Shown: in pieces, positions 29,748 to 36,669 of the stretch
Layout of the letters: each line of letters starts with the position of its first letter
Position numbering within the stretch: the stretch's first letter is position 1
IMG/VR virus record: IMGVR_UViG_3300042863_000147
Location: 1-64,000 of that record
Length of the DNA stretch: 64,000 bases
DNA from: a virus
Direction: 5' to 3' (one strand)
The notes under the pieces: generated by a model
Told to the model about the DNA's origin: nothing
The model's input: the letters and a program-made list of their open reading frames with translations, nothing else
The model's database searches: none
Program-made: the position numbers and the translations under genes

Positions 29748-30620
29748 ATGGTTCCTTCTACACCGTCAAATCAATCAAATCCACTTGTTGGATTTATGCG
29801 CCAGCCAAAAATTTATATTCGGTTGCCTAGCGGCGGAGAGTTTTGGCCAGCTGGTAGCATAGTGCCGTCTGAGACTGGTGATATTCCAGTTTATTCAATG
29901 ACTGCCAAAGACGAACTAATGTTAAAAATTCCAGACGCTGTGATGAGCGGACAGGCAGTAGTAGATGTTATACAACATTGCATCCCAAATATTAAAAACG
30001 CTTGGGACATTCCTAGTATCGACCTGGATGTTATCCTAATCGCTATTCGATTAGCAACCTACGGTGAAAAAATGACAACTCCTATTACATTCGGAGAAGA
30101 TCTCGAAATGGAATACACCGTTGATCTACGACAAGTAATGGATACTCTAATGTATCAAATTAAATGGGATCCAGTAGTACCTATTAATGAAGATTTAACT
30201 GTATTCGTTCAACCGATGAATTATAAACAACTTAGTGAAAGTGCTGTTAAAACATTTGAGACTCAGAAAATTTTACAAATTGCCAATGATTCAGCAATGA
30301 GTGAAAATGATAAAGTTGCAGCATTTAAGGAAAGTTTTACAAAATTAACAGATGTTACAATAGGTATTGTTGAAAAAAGTATCTACAAAATTGACAGCGC
30401 CAACGGCAGCACTGATAACCCACGACATATTAAGGAATTTATCGAGAACGCCGATAAGGATCTCTTTAATATTATTCAATCACACATTGATTCTCTCAAA
30501 GAAAACAATTCATTAAAACCAATAACTATAACCGTTACAGATGAAATGAGAGAAAAGGGTATCACTGGAGATACCGTTGATGTACCGCTAGTGTTTGATC
30601 CTTCAACTTTTTTCGTATAA
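29748..30620 (+). CDS. gp26: Baseplate hub assembly protein / tail assembly chaperone (gp26-like)
   Basis: PKIYIRLPSGG, MTAKDELMLK, DLDVILIAIRLATYGE, C-terminal FDPSTFF. Confidence 0.8.
   Translation: MVPSTPSNQSNPLVGFMRQPKIYIRLPSGGEFWPAGSIVPSETGDIPVYSMTAKDELMLKIPDAVMSGQAVVDVIQHCIPNIKNAWDIPSIDLDVILIAIRLATYGEKMTTPITFGEDLEMEYTVDLRQVMDTLMYQIKWDPVVPINEDLTVFVQPMNYKQLSESAVKTFETQKILQIANDSAMSENDKVAAFKESFTKLTDVTIGIVEKSIYKIDSANGSTDNPRHIKEFIENADKDLFNIIQSHIDSLKENNSLKPITITVTDEMREKGITGDTVDVPLVFDPSTFFV
30608..30614 (+). promoter_or_regulatory. Predicted -1 ribosomal frameshift site T TTT TTC
   Basis: In-frame X XXY YYZ heptamer two codons before the stop. The -1 frame is open into 30626..30844; a hairpin follows. 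Confidence 0.65.
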
Positions 30621-30625
30621 GGCTT

Positions 30626-30844
30626 TTGTATCTTGATACTGACGGTATCAACAAGCTAGTAACTGAGTACGAAGTCGATACAAAAGCCTTAAGAGAAGAA
30701 TTGTTTAAATTTAGTTGGTATATGAGAGGTGGTCTATCATTCTCAGAAGCATTTTTACTCACTCCAGAAGACCGAGACTTGTTGAATAAGATTATTGAAA
30801 GTAACTTAGAGATAACAAAAGAATCTCAATTACCGTTCTTTTAA
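30626..30844 (+). CDS. gp51: gp51-like baseplate assembly protein; probably the frameshifted C-terminal extension of the gp26-like protein
   Basis: WYMRGGLSFSEAFLLTPEDR; called with a TTG start and no clear RBS. Confidence 0.65.
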   Translation: MYLDTDGINKLVTEYEVDTKALREELFKFSWYMRGGLSFSEAFLLTPEDRDLLNKIIESNLEITKESQLPFF

Positions 30845-31380
30845 ATTTCTATTCCTAAGAAATTACTCTGTAATCCTACTTTAGTTTCTTTGATTGCACC
30901 TAATTTTTGCAGACCGTATGCAACAACTTGGGGTCTACGATCTCCACGAACTGCGTTGATGGTAGCTACTGCCTTATCAATTGCCTGACGACCTGCTGGA
31001 ATCCCTAACCTGCCTTCGGGTGCAGCAGGAGCAGTAGCAGGTGTAGTGCCTGTTGGGGGAGTAACAGGAGCAGTAGCAGGTGTAGTGCCTGTTGGGGGAG
31101 TAACAGGAGCAGTAGCAGGTGTAGTGCCTGTTGGGGGAGTAACAGGAGCAGTAGCAGGTGTAGGTTGTGGTGCTTTATATCCGCCTGCTCTTTGAACATT
31201 CCGTTGTGCAACATTGGCAACTCTACCTGCTTGCTGATTATATACATCTTTAGCACCTGCCCATGCGCCTTTAGCACCTCCAACAACATTTGCAGCACCT
31301 TTTGCTGCTGAACCTAGAGCCCCGGCTAGGCTTAACTCATCTATTTGTTGAGATTCAACGATTAATTCATTTATACGCAT
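30841..31380 (-). CDS. Probable internal head protein with a Pro/Thr tandem repeat
   Basis: MRINELIVESQQIDE N-terminus with (I/L)xE motifs like gp21 cleavage sites; exact TATAAATA promoter upstream. Confidence 0.55.
   Translation of the reverse strand: MRINELIVESQQIDELSLAGALGSAAKGAANVVGGAKGAWAGAKDVYNQQAGRVANVAQRNVQRAGGYKAPQPTPATAPVTPPTGTTPATAPVTPPTGTTPATAPVTPPTGTTPATAPAAPEGRLGIPAGRQAIDKAVATINAVRGDRRPQVVAYGLQKLGAIKETKVGLQSNFLGIEI
31026..31163 (-). repeat. Perfect 39-bp tandem repeat, about 3.5 copies
   Basis: caggagcagtagcaggtgtagtgcctgttgggggagtaa; encodes TPATAPVTPPTGT. Confidence 0.95.
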
Positions 31381-31408
31381 AACAGGAAAGTCCTAAAAGT
31401 ATTTCTTT

Positions 31409-31416
31409 TATTTATA
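31409..31416 (-). promoter_or_regulatory. T4-type late promoter TATAAATA
   Basis: Exact consensus upstream of 31380. Confidence 0.8.
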
Positions 31417-31895
31417 ATGAGCTGACGCTCATTTGCTTCTTCGTAATCGCTAACGCTCTTACTTGAAGCAATGTTTCGTCAAAGACGAGAATAATATTAT
31501 CTAGATTAATCGGTCACACTTAGCCCAGACTAGGGCTAAGAAAAAACTGCATTATCTGAGTAGCACAGTCACATAGTGTTAGAACTACAAGCATTTCTGC
31601 TAGCGTAGGCGGTTGACCGATACCTACTCATTCTGTCTTAACAACGGCGGCTTACAAATATACACTATCATATTTGTAAAGCGTGGAGTTTCTGTTATTA
31701 CTCCATCCTTGGGCCTATTTTTTAACTCTATTCAAACAATCAAACCGCAGGCATTTTGCGATCGTGGTCCGGTTAGGATACTGATTGAGTGCTCACTTCA
31801 GCGGTGAGTCTTCGGATCCCTGCGATGTTAGTCCAGGTTTCTACTGTTCGGCACACGATATTAGCCTGTGCGAGCTTTAACTGAATTAAGTTGCC
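31417..31895 (-). ncRNA. Candidate large structured ncRNA (~480 nt), family unassigned
   Basis: Longest non-coding gap in the window. At least 10 stems, a crossing long-range pairing, and a GAAA tetraloop on the minus strand. Confidence 0.55.
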
Positions 31896-32327
31896 TTAAA
31901 GTTTGGATTTAATGTGTGAGCCATGTACACGGACTTGTATGTGTCCGTTATAGTATTCATCGGATTCTAATACTTTGCGGTCGAATTGTTCGCGGGCCTC
32001 AACGTAAGATGTTTCTGCTTTAGATTTACAGTAATATAATATTTCGCGGGAGAAGTTTTCTTTGCCTAGGGTGTCTATGTCTTTTGTCAGCTCAACACTG
32101 GAGCCGTAATATTCTTGCCAGTCGCTATCTATTTTGCTTCTGATCTTCTTTTTCTTTTTTGTGCCGTTCTTTAACTTTACAGTCTTGTAGGTCGTTTTAC
32201 TAAATTTTGCTAATTTTTTGCCAATATACTTGCGACCCGAGACTGTATTGGTAATGCAATATACAAAACCAATACAGTCATCGGGTAGCTCTTCAACTAC
32301 TGAACCTTGATAAGTCCAGTTAGTCAA
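31896..32327 (-). CDS. Minimal GIY-YIG family endonuclease with a Lys-rich insert
   Basis: GFVYCITNTVSGRKYIGKK ... YYGSS ... E ... YYN; 143 aa. Confidence 0.8.
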   Translation of the reverse strand: MTNWTYQGSVVEELPDDCIGFVYCITNTVSGRKYIGKKLAKFSKTTYKTVKLKNGTKKKKKIRSKIDSDWQEYYGSSVELTKDIDTLGKENFSREILYYCKSKAETSYVEAREQFDRKVLESDEYYNGHIQVRVHGSHIKSKL

Positions 32328-32525
32328 TTATTTTGCTGCCTTGGCTTCTTTGCGAGCGTTCTTTTCTGCTGTAATTTCATTGCGTCTTGCTTTTACTAGC
32401 TTACTTAACTCTCCAAGAGCCTTGCGACTGCGAGTTCCGGCTGCACTATTGCCGCCCGTAAATTTTGCATCCTCTGCTAGAAATTCTGCAAATTGTGCTT
32501 GTAATTGTTCATTGGTTGTTGTCAT
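32328..32525 (-). CDS. Histone H1-like (Hc1-type) DNA-binding protein (probable start 32525)
   Basis: GNSAAGTRSRKALGELSKL matches the Hc1-type GNKAAGTRARK motif; AAGGA RBS before MTTTNE. Confidence 0.75.
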   Translation of the reverse strand: MTTTNEQLQAQFAEFLAEDAKFTGGNSAAGTRSRKALGELSKLVKARRNEITAEKNARKEAKAAK

Positions 32526-32826
32526 TTTTATTTCCTTTTGGTTTCGGTCCCCGTTTTTTAGGGATTGCTTTGAGTCTTGCTTTCTCTGCCTTTGCATTTT
32601 TTAGCTCTGCTCTTTTATTTTCCATACTTTCTTTGCAAACTTTTTGTCCCTGACGTTTCATCTCGTTTGCAATGTTAGCAATGGCTCTTAGGTGCCTCCT
32701 AGTATCCCAGCCTGAATCTCTGCCTACATATTTGATAAATTTCAAATGTGTATTATGCAGTCCCACAAGCTCAGCTACTAGCTGTGAATACAGTTCCTTA
32801 TATTTGTTTATCTCTTCATTCGACAT
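32509..32826 (-). CDS. Basic helical protein, possibly a divergent Hc1 paralogue
   Basis: 105 aa; DTRRHLRAIANIANEMKR; K-rich tail with KKRGPKPK. Confidence 0.55.
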   Translation of the reverse strand: MSNEEINKYKELYSQLVAELVGLHNTHLKFIKYVGRDSGWDTRRHLRAIANIANEMKRQGQKVCKESMENKRAELKNAKAEKARLKAIPKKRGPKPKGNKNDNNQ

Positions 32827-34594
32827 AATCTACATCGTTTGAGTAAGAAGTAAAACCGTTCTCTTTAACAACTCTGAGTACGTTATTAACACGACCTACT
32901 AATTCGTCCTTATGACTTATTAAGTATATATTCTTATTGCGTTCCCGTGCCATCTTTTTTAGGACCGCAAGTCCTGCTTCAACGCCTGCTGCATCCATAC
33001 CTGCATCCATAAGTTCATCGACAAATAGTAAGTTAATATTCTGATACAGTCCTTCCCATACATCACGGAATGCAAAGCTCATAGAAAGAATTAATCGATT
33101 GCGCTCACCTCTAGATAAGTTGTCAAAGTCTAGATCCTGCCCTAGCTGAGTAATCTCAATAGTAAGATCATTTAAGAATACAACCTTATGAGGCAACCCT
33201 AACTTGTCAATATAGTAAGTCAGCCTCTTGTTTAAGTAGGTTAAATTCTGATCAATAATCTTCTTACGAACAAAACTGTCCTTGTTTGTTAGCAATTTGT
33301 AAAGGAATTCTTGATGATCTCTGACCTTAGCAAGAGCATTTACTTGATCCCAATTGATTTCTTGAATCGCAGTGTTCTTTAAGTCTTCAATTTGCTCTTC
33401 ATAAGGATTAGCTTCGTCGATCTTTTGTGTCAATGTACGCTCTAAGCTGGCAAGATTGTTTTTATGACCTAGTGCTTCTGCTTCTGTATCATAATATGTG
33501 TTGGGCCTATGCGGTTGCTCACCAATTCCTATCTCTTCTACAATTTTAGTGTAGTCAGCACTTACTTTATCAAAGTAAGTTTGTGCATCTAATAGGTTGT
33601 TAGCAGCAGTTGCTAGCATTTCGTCATGCTTGTGATCATGTAGATCCTGTTCACAAGCGGGGCACTTCTTATCATCGAGTGATTTAATCTCTTTGATGTA
33701 TTTGTTTAAAGCACGTTCTGCTTGAATTACTGCTGACTCTAGAGTAGCACGTTGTTTGTTAAGACTGCGAATACGAGCATCCTCCTCGTCCCATGCTTTT
33801 AATGCAACATGAGCGGCTAGTTCTGCTTCTATATCAACTGATTCTAGATTAACAATGGCTTTACCTAGCCCTTCTATTTCAGTTTCTTTCTTAGATTCCC
33901 AGGCACTGCTCTTGAGTTGTAGGCTGTTAATGCTCTTTTGAACGTTTTCGTTAGCACTCTTAATACCTTCAATTTTAAACTGTGCAGCAGTGATGCTGTC
34001 TTTAGTTTCTTTAATCAATAGCTTTAGTGCTTCTGCCTTTTCACTCAGTTGTGTGATGCCCAGTAACTGTTCGATAACTTCTCGTTGTTCAGCCGCCTTC
34101 ATACTTAAGAAGGGTTCTGTGTAGGTATTGAGTGCAACTAGGTGTTTGAACATAGTATGAGACATTGCCAGCATCTGCTCAATGCTCTTCTGCGTCTCGC
34201 GACTGTCACCTTGTGCTTCATCTTCGTCTTTGCTCTTTAATTCTTGGTCATTGACGAACAATTTCAGTACATTAGGCTTACGACCTCGTTCAATACGATA
34301 CTTGACACTAGATTTTTCAAACTCAACAGTAACCAACATGCCCTTGCCGTTAGTCTTGTTGATTAAGTTCTCTTTCTTAATGTTGGTCAGTGCTTGCCCG
34401 TACAGTGCGTAGCTCAATGCATTAACAATAGTAGTCTTGCCTGTACCGTTTCTTGATCCAGTATCGTCACCGCCTAGATCCTGATTTGAACCTAGTACAA
34501 GAGTTAAGTGTTCTTTATCGAAATCAACTGCTTGAGTCTGGTTGCCCACACTCATAAAATTTTTAACGGTTATATTTTTTAACTTAAATGTCAT
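32816..34594 (-). CDS. gp46: Recombination ATPase, Rad50/SbcC-like (gp46)
   Basis: Walker A NGTGKT, CPAC zinc hook, LSRGE signature, LLFVDE Walker B, ISH. Confidence 0.95.
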   Translation of the reverse strand: MTFKLKNITVKNFMSVGNQTQAVDFDKEHLTLVLGSNQDLGGDDTGSRNGTGKTTIVNALSYALYGQALTNIKKENLINKTNGKGMLVTVEFEKSSVKYRIERGRKPNVLKLFVNDQELKSKDEDEAQGDSRETQKSIEQMLAMSHTMFKHLVALNTYTEPFLSMKAAEQREVIEQLLGITQLSEKAEALKLLIKETKDSITAAQFKIEGIKSANENVQKSINSLQLKSSAWESKKETEIEGLGKAIVNLESVDIEAELAAHVALKAWDEEDARIRSLNKQRATLESAVIQAERALNKYIKEIKSLDDKKCPACEQDLHDHKHDEMLATAANNLLDAQTYFDKVSADYTKIVEEIGIGEQPHRPNTYYDTEAEALGHKNNLASLERTLTQKIDEANPYEEQIEDLKNTAIQEINWDQVNALAKVRDHQEFLYKLLTNKDSFVRKKIIDQNLTYLNKRLTYYIDKLGLPHKVVFLNDLTIEITQLGQDLDFDNLSRGERNRLILSMSFAFRDVWEGLYQNINLLFVDELMDAGMDAAGVEAGLAVLKKMARERNKNIYLISHKDELVGRVNNVLRVVKENGFTSYSNDVDYVE

Positions 34595-35604
34595 AGATTA
34601 TTATAGATGTCCAACAGGACTTTTTTATCAAACTGTTCTGATTCGATATTGATCAGCTGTTCGGAAACAATTTGATCGACACTTTCAAACTTTGTGTCAG
34701 GATTGTCTTCATAAGTTCCTTCAAGATTAATTTTATCTTGTATAAGACTAATTTCTCTAATGTCGTAATCATTAGTAAAAGTCTCCTTGATAAAGTTAGC
34801 CTCTTCAAAGCTGATATCGATGTCTAAATTGACCTTTAGATGCATCTTTGACTGCATAATCGTGTCTTTTTTATCGATTAGGTCGCTTAGTTTAACATGT
34901 CTATACTTAGGGCAGTTGTCCCAGTTAATGTATTGGGGCTCACTGCCCCAATCCATAATCATCATGCCTCGCTCGTCGTCCCACGAGTCTGCAAAGTTAT
35001 GTGGGAAAGCATTTCCAATGTAGTGGATCTTACCTCGGTTCTGTCTCTTGTGGAAATGCCCACTGAATACATAGTCTTGGTGTGTAAAGTGATTAGCCTG
35101 TAACTCACCGTGATCAGGCATCTGTACCATGGCGTTCATGTAGAACAAGGGCAATTCAAAGTGCCCAAACATGTATTTGCTCTTAACTTGACTGATAGTT
35201 TTCCACTCATCACCTACAAGCCAAGGGACTAAGGTAACATCGCCTATAGTGGTCACACCTTCAACGACAGTTACTCCGGGAATATGTTTTCCAAATGCGC
35301 TGCTATGGATGTCACGCTTGTCTTTGTAGAACAGATCATGATTGCCCGGAAACCAAAAGAATTGCTCAAAAGCAGCACCTAGTTTTTCCAAGCATCGGAT
35401 ACTGGTATCCAGCGTGATCAAGTTGAGACTGTTTCGATTATGCGACCAGTCACCTAAAAATATTCCAGTATCGCAACCTTGTTTTTTAGCGTTTTCAATA
35501 TACCAATCTACAAATTCTTCGCAATCTCTTAAATGGGTGCCACTGTTAGATTTAAGTCCAAAATGAATATCAGTGAAGCAGGCTACCTTTTTAAAAAGGT
35601 TCAT
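34591..35604 (-). CDS. gp47: Recombination nuclease, Mre11/SbcD-like (gp47)
   Basis: DIHFG, LGD, GNHD, GHF and SGHFH phosphoesterase motifs. Confidence 0.95.
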   Translation of the reverse strand: MNLFKKVACFTDIHFGLKSNSGTHLRDCEEFVDWYIENAKKQGCDTGIFLGDWSHNRNSLNLITLDTSIRCLEKLGAAFEQFFWFPGNHDLFYKDKRDIHSSAFGKHIPGVTVVEGVTTIGDVTLVPWLVGDEWKTISQVKSKYMFGHFELPLFYMNAMVQMPDHGELQANHFTHQDYVFSGHFHKRQNRGKIHYIGNAFPHNFADSWDDERGMMIMDWGSEPQYINWDNCPKYRHVKLSDLIDKKDTIMQSKMHLKVNLDIDISFEEANFIKETFTNDYDIREISLIQDKINLEGTYEDNPDTKFESVDQIVSEQLINIESEQFDKKVLLDIYNNL

Positions 35605-35625
35605 ATTATTGTTCTCCTAACTAAC

Positions 35626-35654
35626 AGTGTATAGATCTGTTTAAGCAAAGTCAA
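35626..35654 (-). promoter_or_regulatory. Sigma70-type promoter for the gp47/gp46 operon
   Basis: TTGACT-17 bp-TACACT, then an AGGAG RBS. Confidence 0.65.
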
Positions 35655-36565
35655 ACATCAGTTTCTTCAGATTCGTCCTCGATAGGATCTTCTTCGCTCT
35701 TGGGCATCCTAAAGTTTTTATACAATTCTGCTTGCCGCGCATTTTCTTCTGCGTATTCTTGTTGATTCTGTCTAGTTAAACTAGGAGTTAGTCCGTGTGA
35801 CTCTAACATGTCGTCTCTAATATTTTGATTTTTCTTTTCGATATTGAGCACACGAGTAAAGCTGTTGGTCACTGCGGCTGTATAGTAAGCAAATGGATTT
35901 TCAGATTTTGATTCATCAAACTGTAATCCAATTTGACTTAGCTGTAGTACCGCTTGCCCGCGCATTTCTTCAACGTAGGTATAACCGCGCCAATTGCTAC
36001 GTTGTGCATAACGTTCGCTTAGTTTGATAAACATTTTACCGAGATTTTCAGTAATACGTCCGTGGTCCTTGCTAAATTTACCAGTGTCAATTGGACCTTT
36101 CCAGTGACTCTTGCCTACGCAAATTAATTCGTTATTGTCGTCAAATTTCCAATGTTGAAAAGGAGGAAAATTAACTTTGTCGTGGCTATCGGCAGTTGTT
36201 TTGGTTGTCTTCTTACGACCTGGTGCAAGTGGAATATGATCAAACGTCATGATCCTAAATACTACATCCGTCTTAGCAATAGTGGTATAGTCCGGAGTAC
36301 ATTCGATAAGTCTAGTTTTCTTGTCTCCTGCTAATCTAGCAGCAGCAAATGCCGCAATTCCGATCCTTTTTGCCTGTGCCCTTTTTGCGTCTGCAATTGT
36401 TCTAATATTAATTTTGTCTAAATTAGTCAATATTATATCGTGCTGACTATATTCAGGTTTGTTAAAACTTGAAAACGAACATTTACTCTTGTGTATTTCT
36501 GCTAGTAAATCTCTATTATTTAGGTATTTTACTTTTCTTCCTGTGGGAATTAAACTTACGGTCAT
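35651..36565 (-). CDS. gp55: Late-transcription sigma factor (gp55-like) with a large insertion
   Basis: YLNNRDLLAEI, NWRGYTYVEEM, FDESKSENPFAYYT..NSFTRVLNIEKK; next to gp47/gp46 as in T4. Confidence 0.88.
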   Translation of the reverse strand: MTVSLIPTGRKVKYLNNRDLLAEIHKSKCSFSSFNKPEYSQHDIILTNLDKINIRTIADAKRAQAKRIGIAAFAAARLAGDKKTRLIECTPDYTTIAKTDVVFRIMTFDHIPLAPGRKKTTKTTADSHDKVNFPPFQHWKFDDNNELICVGKSHWKGPIDTGKFSKDHGRITENLGKMFIKLSERYAQRSNWRGYTYVEEMRGQAVLQLSQIGLQFDESKSENPFAYYTAAVTNSFTRVLNIEKKNQNIRDDMLESHGLTPSLTRQNQQEYAEENARQAELYKNFRMPKSEEDPIEDESEETDV

Positions 36566-36588
36566 TATTGTTATTGTCCTTTAATGAC

Positions 36589-36618
36589 ATTGTAGCAGGG
36601 TGGAAATGGCAATGTCAA
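36589..36618 (-). promoter_or_regulatory. Sigma70-type promoter for gp55
   Basis: TTGACA-18 bp-TACAAT with an extended -10 TG. Confidence 0.7.
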
Positions 36619-36635
36619 CCATTATAAGAGCGTTT

Positions 36636-36652
36636 TATTTATTGGTTAAATA
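36636..36652. promoter_or_regulatory. Back-to-back late promoters (AATAAATA - and GTTAAATA +)
   Basis: TAAATA cores on both strands at the gp55/baseplate divergence. Confidence 0.55.
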
Positions 36653-36669
36653 CACTATAGGAAAATAAC

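Noticed and set aside
31026-31163. Possible CRISPR array
   Set aside because: The repeats are contiguous with no spacers and are in-frame coding; no cas genes in the window
31613-31807. 64-aa plus-strand ORF in the structured region
   Set aside because: TTG start, no RBS, atypical composition; better explained as non-coding structure
31523-31837. Group I intron (GACTA and TAGTC resemble P7 strands; GIY-YIG gene adjacent)
   Set aside because: No interrupted gene, no recognisable P3-P6 context, and one element is tied up in a local hairpin. A covariance search would be needed to exclude it fully.
32526-32597. N-terminal extension of the Hc1-like ORF
   Set aside because: It overlaps the upstream gene, and the RBS supports a start at 32525
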